A model generated the notes under the pieces. It did no database searches and had not been told where the DNA came from. It saw only the letters and a list, made by a program, of their open reading frames with translations. A stretch of DNA of 64,000 nt from Trueperaceae bacterium. Lineage in GTDB: Bacteria; Deinococcota; Deinococci; Deinococcales; Trueperaceae. Below, piece after piece: positions 16,984-27,173 of the stretch. The stretch spans positions 256,001 to 320,000 of the forward strand of contig JAXHNB010000006.1 in the NCBI GenBank assembly GCA_034520945.1, written 5' to 3'. Positions within the stretch are counted from its first letter, which is position 1. Each line of letters starts with the position of its first letter. The position numbers were made by a program, and so were the translations under genes.

Positions 16984-18522
16984 TCAGCTCGGTTCGGCGT
17001 TCACGCCGGCCAGCCACGCGCCGGCCGGGACCTCTTCCTCCACCACCGAGGCGCGCCCATCCGCACGGAACACCGAGAACAGACCCAGAACTTCGGATCG
17101 CATGGTCTCGAGGCAGTTGGAGACCAGATCGTTGCGGTAGCCGCGGTCTCCGAACTCGATCACGAACTCCATGGTGATCACGCGCCCGAGCACGCGCCCA
17201 AAGTCCACCACGTTCCGCTGAATCATGTCCGGCTCGATGCGGACGTCGAGGACGTCGCCGAGGTGTTCCGCCGCTCGGCTGGCGGGCTCGAAACCGCGGA
17301 GGAACGCCCCCAGGTTCGTCTGCTTGGCGCGGCGCATCTGCTTGAGGACCGCTTCCGCCAGTTGTTCGTACAGGATGTCGTTGCTGCCTTCGAAGATCTG
17401 GAACGGCCGGCTGTCGACGGTGGCGCGGCCCGCGATGTGGTCCAGGCGGTACCCCTTGGCGCCCACCAGCTGCAGCAGGGATTGTGACGCGTCGTGCATC
17501 ATGTCGGTCAGCACGGCCTTGGTGGCGTTGGCGGTGACGCTCTCCTTGGAAAGGTCAGCGCCAACGTGCGCCGTCTCCGCCGCATGCACGCACATGGCCG
17601 CAGCCGCCGTCACCGACGCTTGGAGGTGGGCCACCCGGCGCTGGACCTGGTCGTACCCCAGAAGGCTCCGCCCGCCGACGTAACGCTCGCGGACGTGCGT
17701 CAATGCCTCGTCCGCCATGCGGCGCAGGAAGCCGAGACCCATGCCGGGAAACTGGATGCGGCTGCGGTGCAGCATGTCGAGCATCATTTTGACGCCGGTC
17801 CGGTCGGGCTGCAGGCGCTGCGCCTCCGGGACCCACACGTCGACGCGGTTGCGTCCGTAGGGGATCAGGTACAGGCCCAGGTTCTCGAAACGTTCCTCGA
17901 CCTGGACCTGTTGCGGCGGCCGGTGGGCGTCGCACACGAAGAAGCCCACGTCGCGGGTCAGTTGCCCGTCCTCGCCGCGGGCACGCGCCGTCATCAGCCA
18001 GTAGTCCGCCAACCCGGTGAGCCCGGCCCAATGCTTGGTGCCGCGGATGCGGTAGCCGTCCGCTTCGGGCACGTACGCGGTCTCCATGCTCAGCGCGTCC
18101 GAGCCGTAGTCGGGTTCGGTCATCATCAGGCCGCCCATGTTCTGGTGCTCGAGGAAGCGCGTGAAGATCTCGCCCTTGATCTCCTCCCGCCCGTACTTCG
18201 ACAGCGGCTGAAGGAACAACGCCCCGTTGATGCCGATCGTCAACGACAGGGCCAACGATTCGTAGGCGGCTGCTTCCAGCACGGCGAGCCCCTCGTGCAC
18301 CTTCTCGCCCCGCCCTCCGTACGCGCTGGGGATGAACACCGACAGCGGCCGACGGGCCAGGATGGCGCGCAACTCCGACGGCGGAAGACCCCGAACCAGG
18401 TGCATCCGCTCCGGCTCGGGGGGCTGGCGGAACACGCGGTGCAGCACCTGGCGGAACTCGGCCAGGAACGCGTCGAGGTCGGTCGTGTGCGCGGCGGTCT
18501 CTCGGGGTCGGGTCTGATCCAT
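16984..18522 (-). CDS. Acyl-CoA dehydrogenase family protein
   Basis: MMTEPDYGSDA, GTKHWAG, GAKGY, FQIFEGSNDI. Confidence 0.92.
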   Translation of the reverse strand: MDQTRPRETAAHTTDLDAFLAEFRQVLHRVFRQPPEPERMHLVRGLPPSELRAILARRPLSVFIPSAYGGRGEKVHEGLAVLEAAAYESLALSLTIGINGALFLQPLSKYGREEIKGEIFTRFLEHQNMGGLMMTEPDYGSDALSMETAYVPEADGYRIRGTKHWAGLTGLADYWLMTARARGEDGQLTRDVGFFVCDAHRPPQQVQVEERFENLGLYLIPYGRNRVDVWVPEAQRLQPDRTGVKMMLDMLHRSRIQFPGMGLGFLRRMADEALTHVRERYVGGRSLLGYDQVQRRVAHLQASVTAAAAMCVHAAETAHVGADLSKESVTANATKAVLTDMMHDASQSLLQLVGAKGYRLDHIAGRATVDSRPFQIFEGSNDILYEQLAEAVLKQMRRAKQTNLGAFLRGFEPASRAAEHLGDVLDVRIEPDMIQRNVVDFGRVLGRVITMEFVIEFGDRGYRNDLVSNCLETMRSEVLGLFSVFRADGRASVVEEEVPAGAWLAGVNAEPS

Positions 18523-18736
18523 GAATGTCCGTTCGCAGTGGGATTCGCTGCGCCTCGCAGGCGAGCAGGTCGTGCGGCCGGGCGGCCTAGGGCCCTGATC
18601 CGCGGGCTGTACGTACGTGTGTGGCGCGGGCCCTCGGGCGAGGCCTGCGCCCAACGCACTACTGCTCCGAGGGTACCGCATGCGGCACGCCCGGCGCGAG
18701 CGCAGGAAGCCCCCGCCGCAGCGGTAGCATGTGCAC

Positions 18737-19540
18737 GTGGGGTTCAAGGAGCGGCTCGGACACATCATCTTCGAGACCGACACGCCTGCTGCACGGGCGT
18801 TCGACGTCGCGCTGCTGTGGGCCATCGTCGTCAGCGTGCTCCTGGTCGTGCTCGAGAGCGTGGCGTCGGTGCGGGCGCGCTACGGCGAGCTGCTGCGCAC
18901 GCTGGAGTGGGGCTTCACCGTCTTGTTCACCCTCGAGTATGCGCTGCGCGTCTACGCCGCCCGCCGCCGCCTAGGCTACGTGCGCAGCTTCTACGGTGTG
19001 GTCGACCTGCTGGCGGTGGTGCCGACCTACCTGACCCTGGTGCTGGCCGGCACGCAGTACTTCGTGGTGCTGCGCTCGCTGCGCCTGCTCCGCGTCTTCC
19101 GCGTGTTCAAGCTCTCCCGCTACCTCGGCGAGGCGGGCGTGCTGGCCACGGCGCTGCGCGCCAGCCGCGAGAAGATCATCGTGTTCCTCACCGCCGTGTT
19201 GTCGGTGGTGCTGATCATCGGCGCGACCATGTATCTGGTGGAGGGGCCGGCGCACGGGTTCGACAGCATCCCGGTCGCGATCTACTGGGCGATCGTCACG
19301 CTGACCACCGTCGGGTACGGCGACATCTCGCCCGTCACGCCGTTCGGCAAGGCGCTGGCAGCGGTGGTAATGATCCTCGGCTACGGCATCATCGCGGTGC
19401 CGACCGGCATCGTCACCACCGAGCTGACGCGTGCGGGCTTCGGCGGTCCGCCGCGCGTCCATCGCCCCTGTCCCTCCTGCGGCACCGAGACGCACGAGGC
19501 GGACGCCACCCACTGCCGGCGGTGCGGCACCACGTTGTGA
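18737..19540 (+). CDS. Voltage-gated K+ channel (ion transporter) with C-terminal Zn ribbon
   Basis: S4 LRSLRLLRVFRVFK, TTVGYGD filter, CPSC...CRRC. Confidence 0.94.
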   Translation: MGFKERLGHIIFETDTPAARAFDVALLWAIVVSVLLVVLESVASVRARYGELLRTLEWGFTVLFTLEYALRVYAARRRLGYVRSFYGVVDLLAVVPTYLTLVLAGTQYFVVLRSLRLLRVFRVFKLSRYLGEAGVLATALRASREKIIVFLTAVLSVVLIIGATMYLVEGPAHGFDSIPVAIYWAIVTLTTVGYGDISPVTPFGKALAAVVMILGYGIIAVPTGIVTTELTRAGFGGPPRVHRPCPSCGTETHEADATHCRRCGTTL

Positions 19541-19562
19541 GCGGACCCCCGGAACCCAGCGC

Positions 19563-19592
19563 CGGTTGAGCGCGCTGGCGCGCGCTCAACCG
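19563..19592. terminator. Hairpin between convergent genes
   Basis: cggttgagcgcgc-tggc-gcgcgctcaaccg. Confidence 0.6.
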
Positions 19593-21643
19593 CCGTCCGG
19601 CGTGAACGAGCGCACCAGCGCATCGAGTCGCTCCCGCGCCGCCACGCGCTCGGCGTGCAACGCCTCCAGTGCCGTGTCGATCTCGTCCAGTTCGTTCTCC
19701 TGCGCCTCCAGGTCGGACACGTAGCGCCGGTACAGCGACGCGTTCCGGTCCAGCGCCCCCATGTTGGCGCGAATGCGTGACTGCTCCTCGAAGATCTGCT
19801 GGCGCCGCCGTTCCCGCTGGGCGATGGCGCGGTCCAGCTCGGCGATGCGGCGCTTGACCTCCACGAGCTGCTGCAGCACCTCCCGGTCCGCATCGCTCAG
19901 CTCGACGTTCTCCAGGAAGGTCACCAGCCGGTCCGGCGTCACGCCGCCCACGGTAAGGGTCCGCCGCTCCTGGCGTTCCTCGACCACGCGCAGCACGCAC
20001 GCCTCGTCGGCCTGGCAGCGCGCCTGCGCCGGCACCTCCGCGTCGTCCTCCACTTCGCCCAACGCCACGCCGAAGCGCGCCGCCTGCTCGGTTCGGACGG
20101 GCGGCGGCTCAGCGCCGACCACCGCGAAGCCCGAACGGACGGGATGCTCGATGATGAGCAGGCGGTCGACGTCGCCCGCGGGTTCGACGGTGTAGCGGGT
20201 GGTGCGGCGCCGCAGCACGCGGGTTTCGATCACGCCGCCTCGCAGCGAAACCGACGTGACCCGTTCGGGCGCTTGGTCGCTGTCGCTGCGGATCCGCAAG
20301 TCCAGATCCTCGGCGTAGGTGATCAGGCGCGTCTCGCCCGGCGGGACGTCCCCCAGTCGTGCGTTGCCGGCGAAGCCGCCCGCGTCGAACACGCTGATCG
20401 TGCCCGCCGCCAGGCGCACGCCCGCATCGTTCAAGACGCGCAATCCTCGCAGCGGGCCGGCACCCGACGTCGGGTCCAGCACCGATACGTCGTGCGCCGG
20501 GACCGTCGCCTGCACGATGGGGATCATGGCGGAGGAATACCGCCGCACCGTCACCGGCTCGTCGACGTCGTACACGAAGCTGGCGCCGACGTCCGAACCG
20601 GACGCCATCGCCTCCACGCCCGCGCCGGACAGGGCGGGGGCCGCCTCGGCGCGCGCGCCGGCCGCGTCGGCCGCCATGCGTTGCTCGGGCTCGGCCTGCA
20701 GGGCGGCGGCGGGGAACGCGCCCTCGTCGGCTTCGGGGACCACCGACGCTTCGGCGTCTACGGAGACGCGACGCCGCTCGACGTAGACCGGCTCGAACAA
20801 CTCCGTCACGAACGAGATCGGCCGGCCGGCCACGAACGACACCTGGACGTCGATCAGGTCCTGCCGCGTGGGGTTGTCGAGGATGGCCCAGCCCTGCAGC
20901 GTGGCGGTGCCGTCCTCGCCGGCGACCAGCCGGTAGCTGGTCTTCCAGACCGGCATCTCGCGGACGTAGCCGATGCGCACCCGCCGCTCGCCCTCGCCCT
21001 CGAAGCGCAGGTGCACCCGGTTGGTGTCGTCGTCGCGGGCGCGGGCGATCTCCGCCAGGGCCGCCTCCAGCTCGCGTTGAAGTTCTTCGCGGGCGAAGCG
21101 CACGCTGCGCACCTCCTGGAACGCCACCCGACGCAGCCCGTCGCGCCCTGAGAGCACCAGGTAGGTGGTCTCACCCTCCTCGCCAGGTTCGTGTTCGATC
21201 CCCAGCAGGGTGCCGCGCAACGCACGGTCGGTCTGCACCTCGACCTCTTCGCCCCGCGCCTGCGTCAGCAGCTCCGCCAGCGTGGGCCGCCCGGTGAGGT
21301 CCAGCGGGTAGCTCCCGAGGATCCGCGACAACGGATCGCGCGTGCCGTAGCGGACCGGCCGGACGGTGCCGCCGCCGAAGTCCTGCAACACCAGGCTCTG
21401 CAGCAGGTCGTCCATGTCCTCGGTGGGGACGTCCAGCACCAGCTCGCGATCGCCACGAACGGTGCCCTCGTGCTCGAAGTAGGCGATCCCGGCGGTGGAC
21501 GCCACCACGCGGGTGATGGGGAGCTCGGCGGGCTCGGCATCGGCCGGTGTTTGCGCCGCGGCGAGGGAGCCCGCCAAGAGCAGCGCAGCCAGCCCACCGG
21601 CAAGCGCACCGCGCACGGTGTGTCGCACCTGGGATGAGGTCAT
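19586..21643 (-). CDS. Secreted DUF4139-like protein with C-terminal coiled coil
   Basis: Signal peptide; LPITRVV...GIAYFEH, DDLLQSL, PVWKTSYRL, LQGWAILDN. Confidence 0.8.
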   Translation of the reverse strand: MTSSQVRHTVRGALAGGLAALLLAGSLAAAQTPADAEPAELPITRVVASTAGIAYFEHEGTVRGDRELVLDVPTEDMDDLLQSLVLQDFGGGTVRPVRYGTRDPLSRILGSYPLDLTGRPTLAELLTQARGEEVEVQTDRALRGTLLGIEHEPGEEGETTYLVLSGRDGLRRVAFQEVRSVRFAREELQRELEAALAEIARARDDDTNRVHLRFEGEGERRVRIGYVREMPVWKTSYRLVAGEDGTATLQGWAILDNPTRQDLIDVQVSFVAGRPISFVTELFEPVYVERRRVSVDAEASVVPEADEGAFPAAALQAEPEQRMAADAAGARAEAAPALSGAGVEAMASGSDVGASFVYDVDEPVTVRRYSSAMIPIVQATVPAHDVSVLDPTSGAGPLRGLRVLNDAGVRLAAGTISVFDAGGFAGNARLGDVPPGETRLITYAEDLDLRIRSDSDQAPERVTSVSLRGGVIETRVLRRRTTRYTVEPAGDVDRLLIIEHPVRSGFAVVGAEPPPVRTEQAARFGVALGEVEDDAEVPAQARCQADEACVLRVVEERQERRTLTVGGVTPDRLVTFLENVELSDADREVLQQLVEVKRRIAELDRAIAQRERRRQQIFEEQSRIRANMGALDRNASLYRRYVSDLEAQENELDEIDTALEALHAERVAARERLDALVRSFTPDGG

Positions 21644-21708
21644 GCGCCATGCTACGAAATGTGGGCACCGGCCGCGGTGAGCCGTGCACGCGGCGCCCGC
21701 CGTCCCGT

Positions 21709-22437
21709 TCAGGCGGGCGCCACCCGGCGGGCCTGTGCCAGGCGCTCGTCGTCGGTCAGGTTCAGGCGCAACGGCGTCAGCGAGACGTAGCCCTGCTCGA
21801 TCGCCCAACGATCGGTGTTTTCTTCGACGCGCTCGCGCGGCTGCTCCGCGAACCAGTAGTGCGTGCGCCCCATCGGGTCCTTGCCGGGGATCACCAGCCC
21901 CTCGTAGTGGCGGACCGACATGCGGGTCCAGCGCATGCCGACGGGCCGCTCGGGGAAGTTCACGTTTAGCAGGGGCAGGTCCGGGTGCTCCAGAAACAGG
22001 TCGATCACCTTGCGCACGTACGGTGCGTATGCGTCGTAATCGACGGAGTCCTCGCTGGCCGGCGCGCTGAACGCGATGGCGGGGATGCCGAGGAAGCTGG
22101 CCTGCTTGGCGGCCGCCACCGTTCCCGAGTGCCACACGTTGTGGCCGATGTTCAGCCCCAGGTTGATGCCGGTCAGGACCAGGTCCACCTTGTCCCAGTG
22201 ATGCGCGCCCAGCGCCACGCAATCGGCGGGCGTACCGTCGACGCGGTAGGCGGTCAGCCCCTCGATCTTGGTGCTGGCGTAGTGCAGGGGCCGCCGCACC
22301 GTGATGGCGTGGCTCATCGCGGACTGCTCCACGTCGGGCGCCACCACCCGGACGTCGCCGTACCGCTCCGCGACCCGTGCGAGCGCGTGGAGGCCCGGGC
22401 TGTGCACGCCGTCGTCGTTGCTGACCAGGATGCGCAT
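21709..22437 (-). CDS. surE: 5'/3'-nucleotidase SurE
   Basis: MRILVSNDDG, GTPADCV, GINLGLN, SGTVAAA. Confidence 0.96.
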   Translation of the reverse strand: MRILVSNDDGVHSPGLHALARVAERYGDVRVVAPDVEQSAMSHAITVRRPLHYASTKIEGLTAYRVDGTPADCVALGAHHWDKVDLVLTGINLGLNIGHNVWHSGTVAAAKQASFLGIPAIAFSAPASEDSVDYDAYAPYVRKVIDLFLEHPDLPLLNVNFPERPVGMRWTRMSVRHYEGLVIPGKDPMGRTHYWFAEQPRERVEENTDRWAIEQGYVSLTPLRLNLTDDERLAQARRVAPA

Positions 22438-22546
22438 GGTGCCGGTGATGCTACCCCGGGGACCCGCCTCCGTGCACGCGGCTGGCACCCGCCGCCGCGC
22501 CGGCCGTCTCGCGCAGGCGGGCGATCGTCGAGTACGCTGGTGTCGC

Positions 22547-25516
22547 ATGGCGCACTCGGCACGGGCGCTTCACGCCGACCTTCTCGGTCGGCCGCAGCTA
22601 CGGTGGAACCGCGCGCCGCTGACGTTGGCGGCCGTCAAGCCACGCGCGCTGGTCTACGTGCTGGCCGTGCGCCGTGAACCGGTCCCCAAGGCCACGCTGG
22701 CCGAGCTGCTGTGGGGCCCGGACAAGCTCGGCAACCTGCGCTCCGCTTTGTACACGCTACGCAAGCAGGCGCACGCGGAGGCTTGGCTTCACGAGGCGGA
22801 CGGCGGGCGTGCCTTGCAGGTCGAGGTCGGGACCGACCTGGCGGCGTTCGAGCACGCGGCCGCCCACGGGGACGTCGCCGGGGCCCTCGCCTGCTGGCAC
22901 CGTGCCGGCGTGAGCGGACGTGCGGGGACGGTCTTGCTCGAAGGGACCTACGTGCCCGCCGCACCGGCGTTCGAGGACTGGTTGGCGCTCGAGCGGGCGC
23001 GGGTGGCGGTCGTCTACCGCGAGTGCCTGTCCCGGCGGGCCGCCGAGTTGGAGGGCGGGGGACGCTGGGAGGAGGCGCGGGCCGTCTTGGAGGAGCTGGT
23101 GCTGGAGGATCCCTTGCACGAGGAGACGTACCGTCGCCTCATGCTCGCGTGCTGGCGCCTGGGACGCGTGGACGCGGCGCTGGCGCACTTCGAGGCGTGC
23201 CGCCGGACGCTGGCGGAGGAACTGGGACTCCAGCCGGTGTCCGCCACCCACGAGCTCTACGAGTCGCTGCGGGCGCACGCCAGCGGCGGCGTGCCGCCGG
23301 GCGCCGCCTTGGACGCGGATGGCGGCGCGCTGGGGTTCGTGGGGCGCCGCGCCGAACTGGGGGCCCTGGACGACGCGCTGCGCAGGCACCGGGTGGTGAC
23401 GGTGGTCGGGCCGGGGGGCGTCGGCAAGACCCGTTTGGCCCGCGAGGCGATGCGCCGCGCCGGCGTCGCGACCTCGCGGGCGACCTGTTTCGTTTCGCTG
23501 GGGACGCTGGGCAGCGGCGCGTTCGCGGTGGCGGCCATCGCGAACGCGTTGCGGGTCGGCTTCGAAGGGCCCCGCGACCCCTTGGCCCAGCTCGGAGCCG
23601 CCCTCCGGCAGCGGCCGACGCTGCTGGTGCTGGACGAGGTGGAGCACCTGCTGGAGGTCGATGCGATCGTGGCCTCGCTCCTCGAGGCCGCCCCCGAGAC
23701 CACGGTGCTGATCACCTCGCGCCGGACGCTGCGTCGCCTCGGGGGCGCCGTGCTCCGCCTGGAGGGGCTCGACCGCCCCGCCGGCCCGGACGATCCGGAG
23801 GCGCGCACGCGCGATGCGGTGCGGATGTTCGTGAGCGCTGCGCAGCGAGTCGACCCCGACTTCGTGCTCGCCCCCGCCGTGGTGCCAGCCGTCGTGCGCG
23901 TGTGCGAGCTGCTCCGTGGGCATCCGCTCGGCCTGCAGCTCGCGGCCGGATGGCTCCGCTTCCATGACGCTCACGCGTTGGCCGAGCTGCTTCGCCGCGA
24001 CCCGCTGCGGCTCGAGAACCCGGGCCTGCCGTTGGACGAGCGCCACGCCAGCCTCCGACGCGTGATGGAGCGCTCGTGGGCGTTGCTGGGCGAGGAGGAG
24101 CGCCGCGTCATGTGCGCGTTGTCCGTGTGCCAAGACGGCGTCGACGCCGAAGCGGCGCACGCCATCGCCGGCGCGGACGCGCGCACGCTGCTGGACCTGG
24201 TCGGCAAGTCGTGGCTGAAGCCGGGCCCCGACGGCCGCTACGAGCTGCACCCGCTGGTCCGCGCGTTCGGGCGCACGCAGTTGGCCGCGCGCCCCGACGC
24301 GGAGGCGGTCGCCGCCGCCCACGCGCGCGTCTACCTGGGGCGATTGGCAGAGCAGCGCGCCCACGCCCTGGGGCGCCGACCCGGCCAGGTGCTGGACGCG
24401 ATCACGAACGACTTCGAGAACGTGCGCGAAGCGTGGCGGACCGCCGTGCGGCAGCGGCGCTGGAACGCCCTGCGTGGTGCCGCCGAAACGCTCAGCCTGT
24501 ACGCCGACATGCGGGCCCGCTTTCACGACGCCGTGGCGTTGTTCGACGAGGCCGCCGCCGTCGCGGCGTCGGACCCGGACGCGGACGCGGAGTCGCGGGC
24601 CGTGCTGGCGATCGGCAAGGGGACGCACCTGTTCCGGCTCAGCCGCTTTGGCGAAGCGCTTGCCCTCACCGACGCGTTGGGGTCCGCCTCGTCGGCGGAG
24701 GTCGGGGCGGAGACCCGGCTGCAGGTCCTGGAGCTGCGGGCCAACGTCTTCGTGCGGATGGGCCGCTACCCCGAGGCGCAGTGCCTGTACCAAGATGCGC
24801 TGGCCTTGGCGCGGACCGACGTCCCCGACCGCCTGAGCCGCGAGCTGCGCTCGTTGGCCAACGTCGAAGCCGCGCTGGGGCACGCCGCGGACGCCGAGGC
24901 GCACTACCGCGAGGCGATCGCCCTGAACCGGTGCGAGGGCTACCTGGTGGGCCTGGCCATCGACCTGAACAACCTGGCCGAGCTGCTGATCCTGCAGGAC
25001 CGGCTGGACGAGGCCGACGCCATGATCCAGGAGAGCCGTGGCTACGCGGAAGGTGTCGACGTGCACCTCGTGCCGTACCTGGACCTCAATGCGGCCGTCC
25101 TCGCACACCGGCGGGGCGACCCGGACGACGCCGCCCGGCATGCGCACGCCTGTCGCGCCCAGGCGGAGCGGTTCGGACAGGTGGGCCTGCAGTGCCGCGC
25201 GGCGACCCTGCTGGGGCGGATCGCGCTTCAGGGCGGCGAGGAAGCGCACGCCGCCGCCTGGTTGGCCGATGCCGTCGCCACCGCGCATGGCGCCCAAGAA
25301 CTGGCGTGTCTGATGCACGCCTTCCTGGGGTGGGCCGAGCTGCTCCAGGCGCGAGGCGAGGCCACACAGGCGGCAGGCTACCTGGCGTGCGTGCAGGACC
25401 ACCCCGCCAGCGAAGCGGAGGATCGCGCCGCCGCGGCGCGCCGCGGCGAGGGGCTGGAGATACCCGAGCATGCGCCCCCGCTGGCGGCGCTGGTCGAGCC
25501 CATCGCCAGCACCTGA
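22547..25516 (+). CDS. AfsR/SARP-type regulator (wHTH-BTAD-NB-ARC-TPR)
   Basis: LAELLW, FEDWL..ER, DPLHEE, GPGGVGKTRLA, LVLDEVEH, GHPLGLQLAA, TPR repeats. Confidence 0.93.
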   Translation: MAHSARALHADLLGRPQLRWNRAPLTLAAVKPRALVYVLAVRREPVPKATLAELLWGPDKLGNLRSALYTLRKQAHAEAWLHEADGGRALQVEVGTDLAAFEHAAAHGDVAGALACWHRAGVSGRAGTVLLEGTYVPAAPAFEDWLALERARVAVVYRECLSRRAAELEGGGRWEEARAVLEELVLEDPLHEETYRRLMLACWRLGRVDAALAHFEACRRTLAEELGLQPVSATHELYESLRAHASGGVPPGAALDADGGALGFVGRRAELGALDDALRRHRVVTVVGPGGVGKTRLAREAMRRAGVATSRATCFVSLGTLGSGAFAVAAIANALRVGFEGPRDPLAQLGAALRQRPTLLVLDEVEHLLEVDAIVASLLEAAPETTVLITSRRTLRRLGGAVLRLEGLDRPAGPDDPEARTRDAVRMFVSAAQRVDPDFVLAPAVVPAVVRVCELLRGHPLGLQLAAGWLRFHDAHALAELLRRDPLRLENPGLPLDERHASLRRVMERSWALLGEEERRVMCALSVCQDGVDAEAAHAIAGADARTLLDLVGKSWLKPGPDGRYELHPLVRAFGRTQLAARPDAEAVAAAHARVYLGRLAEQRAHALGRRPGQVLDAITNDFENVREAWRTAVRQRRWNALRGAAETLSLYADMRARFHDAVALFDEAAAVAASDPDADAESRAVLAIGKGTHLFRLSRFGEALALTDALGSASSAEVGAETRLQVLELRANVFVRMGRYPEAQCLYQDALALARTDVPDRLSRELRSLANVEAALGHAADAEAHYREAIALNRCEGYLVGLAIDLNNLAELLILQDRLDEADAMIQESRGYAEGVDVHLVPYLDLNAAVLAHRRGDPDDAARHAHACRAQAERFGQVGLQCRAATLLGRIALQGGEEAHAAAWLADAVATAHGAQELACLMHAFLGWAELLQARGEATQAAGYLACVQDHPASEAEDRAAAARRGEGLEIPEHAPPLAALVEPIAST

Positions 25517-25561
25517 GCGGTCGTGCGGTCCGGGTGTGCCGCGGGGCGCCATGATGCGACG

Positions 25562-25594
25562 AGGCTACCGTTGCGGCGTCAAAACCCCGTCAAT
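25562..25594 (-). promoter_or_regulatory. SARP-type direct-repeat promoter (antisense to the BTAD gene)
   Basis: Minus strand ATTGACG-gggtt-TTGACG-ccgcaacgg-TAGCCT; 20/22 identical to 37526-37547. Confidence 0.55.
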
Positions 25595-25628
25595 GGGCCG
25601 CTCCGCGGACAGCGCTAGGCTGGGCGTG

Positions 25629-26327
25629 ATGCTGGTGTACTTGGACCAGAACTACGCTTCGCGCGTGGCCAAGTACCTGCGTGGTCAGCCCGGCCACGCG
25701 GCGTTCGGCCAGGCGTACCGCGCCCTCGAGGAGGCCGCGCCGTTGGTGCCGCCCAGCCCGTTTCACGTGCTGGAGACGCGCGGCGGCTACCTCCTCCCGA
25801 CGCTCCGGACCTTGTACGAGCGCTTCTCGGGCGGTTGGTGGGTGCGTCCCTACCAGGACGTGGTGCGACGTCAGGTCCGGCGTGGCGGCGCGGTGGCGCG
25901 CGAAGATCTGCTCACCCGTCACGGCGACTGGTCGGTGCCGGCCACCTTGGATCCGCTGGACGACCTGCTGAGCGTCCGGTTCGAGGGCGACGCATCGGCG
26001 CGCACGGGAGCCGTGACCCGGGTCGTCGCGGCACGCTTCGGACTGCCGGCGGGGCAGGCCGAACGGATGCCGTTCGTCCGCCTGCTGGCCCGGTTGGTCG
26101 CGTTCCGGGCGTTGGACGACGCGCGGGCGCCGCGGCCCAGCGACCTGACCGACCTGGTGATGGCGGCGACGGTGGCACCCTATGTCGACGTGCTGGCCAC
26201 CGACCGCTACCTGCGGGAGACGTTGCAGCGCGTCGGGGTTCGCACGCCCACCTTTTCGGGGCGGCGGCCCGACGTGCTGCGCTTCGCGCGGTGGCTCCGC
26301 GCCGCGGCCATTGCCGCGTCCGAGTAG
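25629..26327 (+). CDS. Hypothetical protein, PIN-like fold
   Basis: VYLDQN...HVLET...DLTDLVMAA..PYVDVLATDR acidic pattern; leaderless TAGGCT. Confidence 0.65.
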   Translation: MLVYLDQNYASRVAKYLRGQPGHAAFGQAYRALEEAAPLVPPSPFHVLETRGGYLLPTLRTLYERFSGGWWVRPYQDVVRRQVRRGGAVAREDLLTRHGDWSVPATLDPLDDLLSVRFEGDASARTGAVTRVVAARFGLPAGQAERMPFVRLLARLVAFRALDDARAPRPSDLTDLVMAATVAPYVDVLATDRYLRETLQRVGVRTPTFSGRRPDVLRFARWLRAAAIAASE

Positions 26328-26409
26328 GGGACCATCCGGCAAGACGCGGCCCGAGCGCGATGGCTCGGGCCGACGGATGCTGAGCGGGCGTACGTCGCCC
26401 TACCTACGC

Positions 26410-26976
26410 TCAGAAGGTCTGGATCGACTCCGGATCCACCGTGGCCCCGACGCCGATGCCGAAGCGCTCCAAGGTGCCGCCCTCGGCCGCCAACAGCCAA
26501 CGGTGCGGTTCGGGGATGGAGAGGCGGGTGGCGCCGAGCGAGGCGACGTGCGTGGCCACCACGTTGCCGTCGGGATCGATCGCGGCGTACTCGACGGGGG
26601 CGCGGATGCCCTCCACGGAGTAGCTGGCGCGGCTGGTGGTGGGGCGCGTCAGGACGTACATCAGGAACTGGTTGTCGATCGCGTCCTCGCCGACGCCCTT
26701 GAAGCCGGCGCTGCGGTTGGCGCTGGTGTTGGCGACGCGCAGCGGCAGGAGGGCGGAGGTGCCGTCCACGGTGGTCAACTCGACCATCCCGGTCGGCATG
26801 CTCAGGTAGCTGTTGGGCAGGTGGTTCGCTTGGCGGGCCGCCATCTGGGGCGCCACGATGTACAAAGCGACGAGGAACACGATCGCGGCGATGACCAGGG
26901 TCTTGAGCCAGGGCCCCAGGCGGGTGTCCCACTGGACACGATCTGCGAAGCTCTTGTTGCCGGTGGACTGAGCCAT
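26410..26976 (-). CDS. Membrane-anchored DUF192-like protein
   Basis: One TM; LRVANT..RSAG, IDPDGNV, LAAEGG..ERFGIGVG. Confidence 0.7.
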   Translation of the reverse strand: MAQSTGNKSFADRVQWDTRLGPWLKTLVIAAIVFLVALYIVAPQMAARQANHLPNSYLSMPTGMVELTTVDGTSALLPLRVANTSANRSAGFKGVGEDAIDNQFLMYVLTRPTTSRASYSVEGIRAPVEYAAIDPDGNVVATHVASLGATRLSIPEPHRWLLAAEGGTLERFGIGVGATVDPESIQTF

Positions 26977-27053
26977 GATGTTCTCCTTTCGTCGCGCGAG
27001 CGGATGCGCTCCCGGGCCTCGGTCACGGACCGGATCCGGTGCGACGTGAGGCA

Positions 27054-27086
27054 AGGGTAGGCGGGGGGCGTTAAGCCAGCATGAAG
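27054..27086 (-). promoter_or_regulatory. OmpR-family direct-repeat box plus -10
   Basis: Minus strand CTTCAT-N5-CTTAAC-N10-TACCCT upstream of the DUF192 gene. Confidence 0.5.
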
Positions 27087-27173
27087 CGTGTGCGCGCGGG
27101 GCATTCGCCTCGTAACGAACGCGTATCGTGAGGTCGGCCGCCGTTCAGCGTCGCGGCCGGGGAGCGTCGACAC

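Noticed and set aside
22757..25552. 931-aa ORF starting just after the antisense SARP-type promoter
   Set aside because: Exact antisense of the BTAD gene with shadow-like composition and no motifs; translation cannot be supported.
22547..26327. Avs-type anti-phage STAND system
   Set aside because: The N-terminus is wHTH-BTAD (a transcriptional activator), not an effector; the PIN-like gene has its own promoter.
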